Source: a virus
Lineage: Duplodnaviria > Caudoviricetes
Reading direction: 5' to 3' (one strand)
Length of the DNA stretch: 64,000 bases
IMG/VR virus record: IMGVR_UViG_2595698293_000001
Coordinates: 192,001 to 256,000 of that record
The translations under genes and the position numbers were made by a program. The notes beneath the pieces are model-generated. The model worked only from the letters and a program-made list of their open reading frames with translations, ran no database searches and was not told the origin of the DNA. This document shows positions 31,350-41,932 of this stretch, in pieces (the stretch's first letter is position 1; each line of letters opens with the position of its first letter).

Positions 31350-31417
31350 AATAAAGGGTTGACTTCGGTCAACCTTTTTGCTATTATAACAGTACTATAT
31401 CAAAGAGGTAATTAATA

Positions 31418-32020
31418 ATGAAAAAAGTCAAAAAATTATACAAAGATTGGTACAACAAAATTAAACAACAACATTTAACAGAAAAACGTAACCCACAATA
31501 TACCTATGTGTTTAACTGGACTTTCAAATCTTCTGATAGTATGAAAAAGATTAAACCAGGTGATACATTCAAAACTGCTAAAGTACTAAAAGTATTTCTC
31601 AGAGCCAATAATATCTATCTCAATGAAGTAGGATGGAATAATAGAGGAAAAATTACCTGTACTAATAAAATTAAATCAGCTACCTTTGATGTATATATTA
31701 AAGATATTCCGTGCTCAATTATGATTAGTAAATTTTTTGGGGTATCTATAATCACCAATTATCATAAACATAAAAAAAATAATACATTAGAAAATTGCAT
31801 TGCATATAATGCACTGAATGATATCTTTGTACAGGATCGTCAAAAACATAAAGAATTAAACATCGATTACAATAACTTAACAGAAGAAGAAATATTTCAA
31901 CTAAGTACAGTACTTGATATCGATTTCTATAAAACCATCAAAAATATAGGAACAGAACTGTACAACACACAAAACCTAAACTGCAATAAACTCGTAGCAG
32001 TACTAAACAAATACAAATAA
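31418..32020 (+). CDS. acidic-FQxST motif family protein
   Basis: NLTEEEIFQLSTVLD. Confidence 0.75.
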   Translation: MKKVKKLYKDWYNKIKQQHLTEKRNPQYTYVFNWTFKSSDSMKKIKPGDTFKTAKVLKVFLRANNIYLNEVGWNNRGKITCTNKIKSATFDVYIKDIPCSIMISKFFGVSIITNYHKHKKNNTLENCIAYNALNDIFVQDRQKHKELNIDYNNLTEEEIFQLSTVLDIDFYKTIKNIGTELYNTQNLNCNKLVAVLNKYK

Positions 32021-32042
32021 AACCAATGAAGGATTTAAGTAA

Positions 32043-32600
32043 ATGATCATCCAAATCAATAGTTATAAAACAAAAGAAGAACTGACCACCCTTATCATTA
32101 AAGCTATTCAAAAAGGGGAAAGTTATATCAAAATTCCATTAGATAAAACAAGCAATCGTAATATTGTTATTTCTCAAATTGATAAAGATTTTGATATCAA
32201 TATATGCTATATGGAAGAAACCAGTACTGATATCATTTACTCAGGTACTGAATCATTTAAACCAGACCAAATCATTACAGCAGTGTATAATTGCGTCCAA
32301 CGTTATTTCAGTACTGAACCAAATAAAACAATCAGAGAACAACAAAAATACAATACACGAAATATGCAAGAAGTAGAAAAACATAGTAAAAACTTCCCCT
32401 GTGGTATGACCGTCAAAGAATTAAAAGAATTAATTAAAGATTGGCCTGAAACCAATCAGTACGGAGAAGATACTTTAGTCTATATCAGTACTGAATCAGA
32501 TACGGATTGTACTGTACATTCTTCGTGGTGTTCATCAGTAAGAACTAATGATAATGGTACACTTGTATATGACTTAACTCTTGATACAGAACAAAGATAA
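32043..32600 (+). CDS. hypothetical protein
   Basis: AAGGA SD. Confidence 0.7.
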   Translation: MIIQINSYKTKEELTTLIIKAIQKGESYIKIPLDKTSNRNIVISQIDKDFDINICYMEETSTDIIYSGTESFKPDQIITAVYNCVQRYFSTEPNKTIREQQKYNTRNMQEVEKHSKNFPCGMTVKELKELIKDWPETNQYGEDTLVYISTESDTDCTVHSSWCSSVRTNDNGTLVYDLTLDTEQR

Positions 32601-32602
32601 TT

Positions 32603-32648
32603 AAAAAGACTCCCCGTAAAACTCGATCAAACGGATTCTACGGGGAGT
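32603..32648 (-). terminator. GC-rich hairpin with U-tract on the minus strand
   Basis: ACTCCCCGTA/TACGGGGAGT preceded by AAAAA. Confidence 0.55.
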
Positions 32649-33074
32649 ATACTATATTGGACGATATGGTCATTATAGTAGACAATTTAATGGATATGGG
32701 TGATTCAGTACTGATAATAATGAATAGGAATTGATAAGAATAGTATAGTACTATTCAGTACTATTCAGAGTGAATCAGTACTATTAAGAATGATTAAGTA
32801 CTGATATGCCACTAAGTCCGTTTATAAAGTCGCACCCAGTGGGCTACATTTGTAACTATTCAGTACTTAATAATTCAACTCATCAATTATTACAAACCTA
32901 ACTATTTCAAATCTAATTACCCCATTAACTAAATCCCCAAATTATATATTAGCAAAAATCCCAGTACTAAATCAAGAAAAATCTGGATTGTCGATGAGAA
33001 AAAATCTGGATTTTAAAAATTTTGAAATGTCGTTCATAGTTCAGGAAAAAAATGAAATCATAACAAGAAAAGTG

Positions 33075-33103
33075 TTGACACGGACATACTGCCATTATAT
33101 AAT
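33075..33103 (+). promoter_or_regulatory. consensus sigma70 promoter with no downstream ORF
   Basis: TTGACA-17-TATAAT. Confidence 0.85.
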
Positions 33104-33109
33104 GTAATC

Positions 33110-33455
33110 CTCAAGACGAGAGAATGTTCTCTCACAGAAAATGCGAAGAAGCCGAGTTTATCTGTCCCTGCGTTAGTGGGCTAACATTTGAATAGGACAA
33201 TACGTAGATGAGTGAAAAAGGTTCAAAGGGAAATATTTGATTCCCTGTAGTATAGTTAATGAGTTAGTACTGATTTAGATATAATCATTGAGTAGTACTA
33301 CTGTCGCAAAGGGAAACCTTTGGCTTCCATGGGGAGTGATGACAGAAGGGCATTATCCTCCATATAGAGTTACTGCGAATAACTCCGTAAGTTGGGTTGT
33401 GGCAAACCTCCTAAAATAGTGAATCTACAGTACTACTGATTGGTAGTACTGCTTT
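33110..33455 (+). ncRNA. candidate ~345-nt structured ncRNA
   Basis: between a perfect promoter and terminator CAGTACTAC/GTAGTACTG-CTTTT; several hairpins (CAAAGG-GAAA-CCTTTG, GAGTTA..TAACTC); raised GC; no ORF. Confidence 0.55.
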
Positions 33456-33596
33456 TAATTTAAAGTGTTTCTTTCCATAGAGAAAAGGTGCATGTAACTT
33501 GAACATGTGAACTACGGGAACAGTACTGAACAATTCCAGTACTGATTCCTCTCCAAATTTTGGATACAATAATGCTAGGCTTCAGTTAGTACTGAG

Positions 33597-33715
33597 TGAG
33601 AATGATAATGATTCTCATTTGAATTGGATGAGAACGATTCTCATTTACTATTGCAAATGATAATAGATTGCATTTACGAATGGTTCTCATTCGCAGATGA
33701 TAATGATTCTTATTC
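33597..33715. promoter_or_regulatory. array of about five Fur-box-like sites
   Basis: AATGATAATGATTCTCATT and variants; further copies at 33886, 34112, 34947. Confidence 0.75.
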
Positions 33716-34328
33716 AAAATTGATTTTTCCGATTTTTTCCATTAGTCACCCTTCAGCGTAGGGTTAATTTTTCCCCTGCCGAATCGGTTTTATATTTTCA
33801 AAATCTGGATTAATCATATCAGTACTAACCCAGATAAACAATACCCTTTTACAAATCTTTACAAAAAGATTCTAAATGCGAATACAAATGATAATGATTC
33901 TCATTTACAGTACTGAATACTTTTCCCCACGCCCTGGCGTCTCCGGTTCCTCCCGTCTATATAAACATTATACAGTACTGAAATATTAAGTCAATACTAT
34001 TTTTTCAAAAAGATTAAAATAAAATACTTGCAATCCTGATATTATTATATTATAATGTTTACAGTACTGAGAAAGTGCTTTTGCCAGCTAGGGTGCGGGG
34101 GAGTATGCGTTAAATGAGAATGATAATCATTTACAGTACTGGACGGATTTTCCCACCCTCGGGGGTCTCTTTTTGTCTATGTAGTAATTATACAGTACTG
34201 AGATACTATATCAAGTCTCTTTACAAATCTTTACAAATCACCCGGGGAGATTTTTCTTTACAATAAAAGTACTTGCATAATTCTTTCAGTACTGCTATTA
34301 TATATTCATACCAAACAGGAGAACTACC

Positions 34329-34499
34329 ATGAAATACGCATACTCTTATTTTATTGTGAACGGTGAACGTTTGACCATCGGCCAGGCAGCGGTAAAGCAT
34401 GAAATCATTTGCGATGATCTGGCGAAGATGCTACCAGGTGAAACGCAAGAGTTTTACAAAGGCTTTCAGAAAGTCACTGTGACCCGCTGCGAAGATTGA
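34329..34499 (+). CDS. 56-aa early hypothetical protein (below track cutoff)
   Basis: own promoter 34273-34301, AGGAG SD. Confidence 0.7.
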   Translation: MKYAYSYFIVNGERLTIGQAAVKHEIICDDLAKMLPGETQEFYKGFQKVTVTRCED

Positions 34500-34562
34500 T
34501 CCAGTACTGGGGCAGCAATGCCCCTAAAACGTCCTGTAACGCATTGTAAGAGGTTTTAGAAT

Positions 34563-34790
34563 ATGGCTAGAGAAGTTAACGCAGGTGATATAAAGGCGGC
34601 TGTACTGCGTACACTGAAAGCATACGGCAGAAAGTTGAATGATCGCAACGTTCCCTATTATTTCCTTGCTGCTACTCATAAAATGGCAATCGCTGAGGCT
34701 CGCGGGTGGCTGAATGATCGCAGTACTGTAAAGAGTACCAGAACAAGAAACGCAATTGAGCGATGGATAAAAGAATTAAATCATTTCTAA
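34563..34790 (+). CDS. basic hypothetical protein
   Basis: GAGG SD. Confidence 0.6.
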   Translation: MAREVNAGDIKAAVLRTLKAYGRKLNDRNVPYYFLAATHKMAIAEARGWLNDRSTVKSTRTRNAIERWIKELNHF

Positions 34791-35178
34791 TAGTTCAGTA
34801 CTGAAATTATAAGGGGAGTTAATTAATTCCCCTTTACAAATCTTTACAAAAGAATTGTTGACATAGTATCCCAGTACTGGTATTATGTATTCATAGACAG
34901 AACAAGTCTTTGGCCCACCGGGTGCGGGGGAGTATCTATTAGATTGAATGAGAATGATAATGATTCTCATTTACTGTACTGAATATATTTCCGCACCCTT
35001 TTGGGCTTTTCGATTACTTTCTACTTGTTAATAAGTATACCATAATCAGTACTGAATGCAATGGTCTTTACAAATCTTTACAAAAGAAAATAATTATAAA
35101 AAGTACTGAAAAAGTACTTGACGTAATAATGTAGTACTGGCATAATACATCCATACCAAACAGAACGGAGTAACTATA

Positions 35179-35466
35179 ATGTTTAATGAAAATGATCATA
35201 TTGTTAAAGAGTTTTCTTTCAGTAAGCCTATCCATTTAGAAAACGGTGAAACGCTGGACAATAAATTTTATGGTAGTATTATTAAGCGTTATACATCGCG
35301 GAGTAGTACTGGAATTTTGTGGGAAGTGAATAAACAGTACAATGGTAATTCGCTGGTTGTCAATGAGTGGGAAAGTTATGCAGTAGCTGAAATGGATTTT
35401 TCTAACTTTATTACTGAATCTTTGAACGATGATATTTTTTACAAGTTCACGGCGGAAAGGGTTTAA
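35179..35466 (+). CDS. early hypothetical protein
   Basis: own promoter, GGAG SD. Confidence 0.75.
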   Translation: MFNENDHIVKEFSFSKPIHLENGETLDNKFYGSIIKRYTSRSSTGILWEVNKQYNGNSLVVNEWESYAVAEMDFSNFITESLNDDIFYKFTAERV

Positions 35467-35582
35467 AAAGTTTTAAAGAGTACTTGACAACATAAACCAG
35501 TACTGTATAATGTATTGCATAGAAAGGAGATTCCAGAATAATGGAATCTCCGATAAAACAAACTAATCAGGAGTTAATTACC

Positions 35583-36191
35583 ATGAACGTTATCGATACC
35601 ATCTATTCTAAATCTTTTATCGAACTGAATGAAGAGCAGAAAGAAAAAGCAATTGATATTATGCGGGAAATTGAAAATCAGGACACTACCCCTTATTGGT
35701 CAATTGATCTTGTTAACCAGATGAAAGAAAAATTAGTACAATATGGAATTGATGATTCTGAAATTTTGTGGTCTGGATTTTGTTCACAGGGAGACGGTGC
35801 AAGTATCAGCACTGAATCAATTAATGCTGAGATGTTTTTACGTAAGGTAAAAGCGTGGTCTAAATTTAAAGGCTTGCGTAAATTCATCTCCGAAGAAACT
35901 ATTTCTTTGAGTGTTCGCCGGGTGAGCCATCATTACTATCATGAATATTGTGTTAGTGGTAATGTTGAAATTGCTTATTGTGAAGATGTTACCGCCAAAC
36001 AAGAACAATTAGTGGACGATTTGCAAACTTTGATCACAAGTACTATTCGTGATTTGTCTCGTGAATTGTATAAAGATTTAGGGAATGAAAACGATTATCA
36101 AAATAGTGATGAAGCATTGATTGAATTGATTAATGCAAATGATTATAATTTCAAAGTTAATAGTACTGGTAACGTATTGGGGTTAGCGTAA
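35583..36191 (+). CDS. conserved mobile-element/phage protein with SGFxSQGDGAS motif
   Basis: FxELxEExKEKAI...WSGFCSQGDGAS; AGGAG SD; start reassigned. Confidence 0.8.
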   Translation: MNVIDTIYSKSFIELNEEQKEKAIDIMREIENQDTTPYWSIDLVNQMKEKLVQYGIDDSEILWSGFCSQGDGASISTESINAEMFLRKVKAWSKFKGLRKFISEETISLSVRRVSHHYYHEYCVSGNVEIAYCEDVTAKQEQLVDDLQTLITSTIRDLSRELYKDLGNENDYQNSDEALIELINANDYNFKVNSTGNVLGLA

Positions 36192-36476
36192 TGACTAAAT
36201 TATATATTCGTTTCTGTTTTGCCTGGTACTTGTATAATCTGCAAAATGGTTATACAGTGAAATAATGCACTGATATACTGTAAAACGTCCTGTAAACGAT
36301 TATGGGACGTTTTAAGGAATATTAGTACAATGTTAGTACTGAATGATTTAAACGCCTTACAGTGGCTTACCGAGCGTTTAAAAAGTAATTGACGTAATAA
36401 TGTAGTACTGGCATAATTCATCTATACCAAACAACAAAGGGAATCAGTACTGATTCCCCTGTAAGGAGTAACCAAA

Positions 36477-36791
36477 ATGAGTACTAAAGAACTGAATGTA
36501 ACTACCAACACTTATAAGACGTTATGCGGTCGGTTGTTACGTGATTATTACACTGTAGAGATTGAAGAACGCGAATTACCCGAAGATAAACACTATTGGG
36601 AAAGTGGTGTTAGTCCTCTGCTACGGGTAACAACGTCTAAGCATGTTTTCTTTACTTCCCGCATTCATGTTAATAAGCGTGTTGAATTGACTTTCTCTTT
36701 CAGTGGTAGTTATAAAGATCATGAGATCTTGAATGATCGTATCGTTATTAATAAATTTATTCAAATGTATGGTGCGGATTCTTTACTTTAA
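36477..36791 (+). CDS. early hypothetical protein
   Basis: promoter, leader hairpin, AGGAG. Confidence 0.8.
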   Translation: MSTKELNVTTNTYKTLCGRLLRDYYTVEIEERELPEDKHYWESGVSPLLRVTTSKHVFFTSRIHVNKRVELTFSFSGSYKDHEILNDRIVINKFIQMYGADSLL

Positions 36792-36877
36792 GTACTTGAC
36801 AATTCGATCCAGTACTGTATAATGTATTACATCAAAGGGGATACATAGTGTATCCCTGATATAAAGGAGTAGCGACT

Positions 36878-37657
36878 ATGCGAGCTTTTAACGTTTATAA
36901 GAATGACAAGAAAATTGATGTTGTTTATTATTCCGAAGTAATGACGGCAAAAGAAGTAACCGATTTGCTGAATAGCCGTGGTGAATACAACGGCGAAGTA
37001 AAAGCATTTCGGTCATTGAATAGTGCGAATATTCGCACAGTACTGAAAAATGCTAAAACTGTTTTATTCAATGATGACGAATATTTTAATAAAGATGTTA
37101 CGGGTATTAAAAACCTGGAAGATCTGAAAAGCCTTATTGGTATTAAAGGCAACGTATACAAAGTGGGGGAAGTCGGATCCCGCCATGAATATAAATTAGC
37201 CAATAGTGATTATAAATTTTCAATCCTGGTAATGTAATATGAAAGTTTATATTTTGGAAGTGGAAGAATGTAATTCATATTCTTACAGTGGTACACTATC
37301 ACGCGTGGAGGCGGTATTTGCCAGCGAGAAAGAAGCCCACGCCGCTGGGGTTCAAAAAGTAAAAGAAGGCTATGAAGGTTATAGCGTCGATGCTTATGAT
37401 ATTCAGGGCGATCTTTCAGCACTTTTAAAGGAATTAAAATAATGGAATATGAATTAATATATCACACTCGGTTATATGTTATTTTCTTTGAAATAACGTT
37501 ATGGGGAGTAAAGGCAACGATTTATAATAAAGACGTTGTCGACGATCAAGAATGGATCGTTGTTGCAGAAGATAAAACGCCTCATGATTCGTTAAGTACT
37601 GATTTTAAATTATGCCGTGAATTATTAAAGAGAATAAGAAAAGAGAATAATATATAA
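36878..37657 (+). other. three-gene early operon (36878..37237, 37239..37442, 37442..37657)
   Basis: promoter 36796, terminator 37658. Confidence 0.75.
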
Positions 37658-37691
37658 AACAAAGGGGATCGATTGATCCCCTTTGTTGTTT
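37658..37691. terminator. bidirectional intrinsic terminator
   Basis: AACAAAGGGGATC-gatt-GATCCCCTTTGTT. Confidence 0.8.
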
Positions 37692-38020
37692 CAGTACTGA
37701 ATTAATAATAGATACACTACGGCACCCTATGGGTTAGTGCCTTGTGTCCGGCTTATGTGGTTATTATGCCAGTACTGCGAACATAAGTCAATAGTTGATT
37801 TGTAAAGAAGTGTAAATGCACAGGAAGCATTGTAAGGCGTTAATCTGTTGCTGGTGGCTGATAGTATAGAGTAGTGTTTTAGATTGATTGTAGGCCGTTG
37901 TAGGCGTTTATAGATAGTAAAGTACTGATAATGTTTAATGATCCTGGTATGTGCAAATTATTTTAATTTTTTTCGTATTGGGTATTGACGGATTATGTCA
38001 GTACTGGCATAATGTATCAC

Positions 38021-38150
38021 ATGAAGCGGCGAGATAGAAAATCATCTCAGTAGCTGGCCAGTAAAGCATACGAAGTCCTGGTGTCGCCTCAAACGGTTTT
38101 AGGTATCAAATAACACGTAACATCTAAACGTTGATGATACTGAAAACTAA
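38021..38150 (+). ncRNA. candidate structured RNA or leader
   Basis: promoter TTGACG 37985 / CATAAT; helices GCGGC/GTCGC, GAGAT/ATCTC, CCAG/CTGG, GTATCA/TGATAC; no SD-linked ORF. Confidence 0.45.
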
Positions 38151-38246
38151 AAAGAAAAAAGTAGTTGACAAGTACTAACGAGAATGAGATAATCTCTCTC
38201 GTTGAAACAAACAAACAATCTTAATCAAAACTTAAAGGTGAATAAA

Positions 38247-38747
38247 ATGGCTAAACTGAATTCTGTGATCGTTGCTCTGCTGGCTGGTGATGTTGCTGCT
38301 CTGAATACTTCTTTCGCGTCGGTATCGATGGAAGATATGAAAACTGTTCGTAATAACTTTAACGAGTTTTACTCCAAGTTTAAAGCTGCTAATGAAGCTG
38401 CTGAAGCGGCGGCGAAAGAGCGTAAAGTACAGATCGAAACCGAAACGAAAGAACTGGTAGACGCCCTGGTAACTGCTGGCCTGGATCTGGAAATGGCCGC
38501 CGAAGTCGCCAGCCAGAAAATGGCGGTGAAATATCCCGAACTGGCTCCGAAGTCTGCAACTGGTAAAACCTGGTCGTTTGAAACCGTATTCGTTAACGTT
38601 GACGGTGAAAAACTGGAAATTGGCACCAAAGGCAACAAAGGCAGTATGAAAGCACTGGCGGCGGCACGCGAAGCAATTGCCGCAGGCAAATACAAAGATC
38701 GTGCTGAATGGATCGCCGCTCACGCCTGGACTGAAACCGAAGCGTAA
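38247..38747 (+). CDS. highly expressed early protein with H-NS/MvaT-like architecture
   Basis: host-optimised codons (CTG, AAA, GAA), own promoter and terminator; coiled coil EAAEAAAKERK...LVTAGLD. Confidence 0.6.
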   Translation: MAKLNSVIVALLAGDVAALNTSFASVSMEDMKTVRNNFNEFYSKFKAANEAAEAAAKERKVQIETETKELVDALVTAGLDLEMAAEVASQKMAVKYPELAPKSATGKTWSFETVFVNVDGEKLEIGTKGNKGSMKALAAAREAIAAGKYKDRAEWIAAHAWTETEA

Positions 38748-38768
38748 TAATTCAGTACTGTAATAATT

Positions 38769-38799
38769 AGCCTCCTGTAATTAGGAGGCTTTTTATTTT
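38769..38799 (+). terminator. intrinsic terminator
   Basis: AGCCTCCT/AGGAGGCT followed by a T-run. Confidence 0.85.
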
Positions 38800-39397
38800 G
38801 TTCAAAAAAATATTTTAATTTATTTTTTGAACGGACTTCAAAAATCGGATATAATAATAAAGGGTGTTAATTACAGAGACCCCCATAGTGTTCGCTACGC
38901 TCACATAATGATCTTACTCGTTGCACTCGTAAGATCATTATCCAATCGGCCTTCGGCGATTTCTTTTTGATTTCCTACGGAAACCAAACGAAACCACCAG
39001 CAAAGGCAGATCCCATTATTTGATTTAGTTAGTACTGCGATTAATTAGTAATTCATTGCACTACATAGCAATCAATTCCTTTTGTAATAGCTCACAGGAC
39101 GCAATAAGACGCGTTTAAATGACTTCCCTATGTAATGCCATTCCTTTTTAATAAGTCCTCTTAAAACGCGTTACAGTGCGTTATATGGCGTTTTTATAAT
39201 ACTCATCATTTCTTTTTCAAAAAGTACTTGCATTAATGATCCAGTACTGCAATAATGTACTCACTGAAACGCAGTAAGCGAAGTAAGTAAATGCAAATAA
39301 GTACTTGACAAAGTGTTGTAGTACTGGCATAATGAATACATCAAAACGAAATAGCAAAGGGATTCAGTACTGAATCCCTGTTAAGGAGAAAAACCAA

Positions 39398-39871
39398 ATG
39401 TTAAAACTTCATAAAGTACTTGATAACGCAGTTGTAACCGACTTTTTCCTGTCTCTTAACAACGAACCGAAAACAGCGAAGGAAATTGTTTTGAGTGGTT
39501 ACATCGCCAGCAAGTCAGAGATCGCACATTTGGAAAGTGCTTTCAAGTCCGGTGATGCATTATACAAAAAAATGCAAAATACCATCGAAGATTTGCAATA
39601 TATCAATTTACGTGATATTGTAGACAATAAATTGGATATTTCAGAAGAAGCACGCGAGAAGCTGGTAAGTAAATTATGTTACCGCTGCCGAACTGCAAAA
39701 TGGAATCGCATTCGTAGTATTATTACTTACGATTTAAGTAATATCGATTCCAAATCAATTCTTGAACGTATGTTATTAAATTTACAAAGCAATGAGTGGT
39801 TTTATACCGCCGCTCAATCTCATAGCGAAGAAATTGCATATATTCGTGATTATGTAATTTACAGCAAGTAA
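39398..39871 (+). CDS. early hypothetical protein
   Basis: tandem promoters, leader hairpin, AGGAG. Confidence 0.8.
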   Translation: MLKLHKVLDNAVVTDFFLSLNNEPKTAKEIVLSGYIASKSEIAHLESAFKSGDALYKKMQNTIEDLQYINLRDIVDNKLDISEEAREKLVSKLCYRCRTAKWNRIRSIITYDLSNIDSKSILERMLLNLQSNEWFYTAAQSHSEEIAYIRDYVIYSK

Positions 39872-39944
39872 TTAATAATTGATTAGCCATCATTAAAGCT
39901 GGTGGCTAATAGAATATTAATAACCTGTTAGGAGAATAATCTTT

Positions 39945-40214
39945 ATGAAAGGTATTAGTACTTTAATTGATAAAAACACTCATGTAAGACGTTCAATGAT
40001 TGCCGTATCACTGGCTAAAGTTGTTGCAAGTGGTTATCTGGTTTTTGTTGTAGATGGTAAATTGCAAGAGCGTTCAATTGCATTTAGTACTAAAGAAAAT
40101 TGCCGTTATATTGTATACAAGAAAGAAGCATACAAGATAGATTTACCAGCGAAACCGATCTCCGGTGGTTACAATGTTGAAAGTCTATATGAAAGGCCAC
40201 CGTATACTGCGTAG
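39945..40214 (+). CDS. early hypothetical protein
   Basis: AGGAG SD. Confidence 0.7.
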   Translation: MKGISTLIDKNTHVRRSMIAVSLAKVVASGYLVFVVDGKLQERSIAFSTKENCRYIVYKKEAYKIDLPAKPISGGYNVESLYERPPYTA

Positions 40215-40468
40215 AATCGATTTTGAGCGGCTTTAATGAAATATAGGGTATCAGTACTGATACCCGTTTAAAACAGTGTAGGAGTGATTCTGTGAAGCGT
40301 GAACAAGCTTTATTGACGCCTGAAGAGGCAAGACGCTATGAAATGTTTTCAAACCAGGAAACGATCAAAGCGGCACAATATAACCCGGTTGCTTGTACAG
40401 TACAAAGAAAGAATTTTGTACTAAATGAAGTAGAAAGTATTATCAAATCAAATAAGGAGTAACAAGCT

Positions 40469-40741
40469 ATGCAAAATAACCGTCCAATGATCCGCAACAT
40501 GCTTTTCGTATTCCAGAAAAAAGTTAATGTAACTTCGGTAAATGGTGAACGTAAATTAAATGCAGCATTCGCCAAATATACCCAAAGCAAAAACATCCAT
40601 TACTTTTATCTTACTCTGAATGAGTTTAATGATCTGGTAAAAGAAATGTTTGTCAGTACTGAAATTGTTGCACCTGTAAGTACTGACACCATTTTGAAAG
40701 AGTGGGAAAGTTTTTACAAAAGTTCTGTTGTAATCGCTTGA
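40469..40741 (+). CDS. early hypothetical protein
   Basis: AGGAG SD. Confidence 0.75.
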   Translation: MQNNRPMIRNMLFVFQKKVNVTSVNGERKLNAAFAKYTQSKNIHYFYLTLNEFNDLVKEMFVSTEIVAPVSTDTILKEWESFYKSSVVIA

Positions 40742-41058
40742 CAACATAATCCAGTACTGGCATAATAACTACATAGACCACAAAGGAGAAACATAATGGA
40801 AACTGTAATTGCTACTACCAAAATCAATGGACTGGATAATGAAGTTTCATTGATCCATGACGGTAACGAATATGTTGTGTCATATGGTATCTATAAAACC
40901 TATCATGACGCTATCAATGAAGCTTTTGAGGATTATATGAAAGCAATTGAAATTGCTTATGATGATTATCGTTGAAAGTACTTGCTTTAATCATTCAGTA
41001 CTGTATAATGTATTACATCAAAGGGAATGAATGATTCATTCCCACATAACCAGGAGTA

Positions 41059-41418
41059 ATGACTATGTTTGATAAAGTTTTATTTTCTGATAACACCTCT
41101 GAAACCGAGATCCCGGAAGCGGTAAAAGCTTTTGCTCAATTAGTTGCCCAGCGTCAAACTGATAATTACGACGGGCCTTATTCTTTTCTTACTGAGATTA
41201 GTAAAGGCAAAAAGTTTATTAAACTTATTCGCCGCGAGAAGTGGAAAGATAACGGACAATTAACAGGCGGATCGGTATTTGCCTTTATTGATCCCGATGG
41301 TAACATTTACAAATCAGCGACAGCTAAAGCACCAGCTAAAGGCATTCGCGGAAATGTTAACATCAACGGCGGCGGTGATGCAATCGGGCGTGATGGTTAT
41401 ATTCGTTACTTTCGTTAA
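41059..41418 (+). CDS. conserved phage protein (GKKFIKL...SVFAFID..GNIYKSA..KAPAKGIRGN)
   Basis: recognisable widespread phage family of unknown function; own promoter. Confidence 0.8.
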   Translation: MTMFDKVLFSDNTSETEIPEAVKAFAQLVAQRQTDNYDGPYSFLTEISKGKKFIKLIRREKWKDNGQLTGGSVFAFIDPDGNIYKSATAKAPAKGIRGNVNINGGGDAIGRDGYIRYFR

Positions 41419-41507
41419 TTGACAAATCTTTACAAATCCAGGGGTTGACTTCGGTCGCCCCTTTTGTTATTATATATTCATACCACAGAGCAAGTGGTTT
41501 AGCCCAC

Positions 41508-41625
41508 AGGGTGCCGAGATGTATCTATAGTTTAATGATTTTAAGTACTGAAAAATAATTATAAAAAGTACTTGCTAGACGTGAATTCTTTTAAGAATTC
41601 ACTTGTATTTGTGATTCAGTACTGC
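41508..41625 (+). repeat. ~118-bp near-identical direct repeat, second copy at 51395..51513
   Basis: one-base indel; contains inverted repeat GTGAATTCTT-TT-AAGAATTCAC. Confidence 0.9.
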
Positions 41626-41932
41626 TATTATATATTCATACCAATTAAGGAGATTATCCAAATGAATACACAATATGTGCCGGTGATGAATATCACTATA
41701 GGAAATGGAAAAGGTATGCATCGATTCAGTACTACAAAGAGTTATACTCAGCGTACATTAGAATCATGTGCAATTACTAAATGGCAAATCAAACATTACT
41801 TCACTACGGACAAGAAATAATGATTGTAAAAGTATTGACAACGATAATTCAGTACTGTATTATAACTGGTGTAGCGTTCGTGTTAGCAGTTGCTATAGTG
41901 TTTAGTACTGTAATTGTATTGGGGAACATATC

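Larger units (their letters stand above)
10000..31387 (+). repeat. dispersed terminator/promoter stem-loop cassette (13 copies here, 4 more in the island)
   Basis: AAGGGTTGAC-n4/5-GTCA(G/A)CCCTTTTG(T/C)TA(T)(T/A)AT at about 10000, 10392, 13396, 13859, 15735, 18236, 19892, 20960, 22964, 23308, 23967, 25314, 31353; also 41440, 46807, 49452, 51329. Confidence 0.9.

Noticed and set aside
10000-31387. Stem-loop repeats as a CRISPR array
   Set aside because: Spacing is hundreds to thousands of bp with whole genes between, there are no cas genes, and the repeats contain -35/-10 and a U-tract
38232-38723. Minus-strand ORFs of 163 aa and 108 aa
   Set aside because: Antisense shadows of the codon-biased + strand gene
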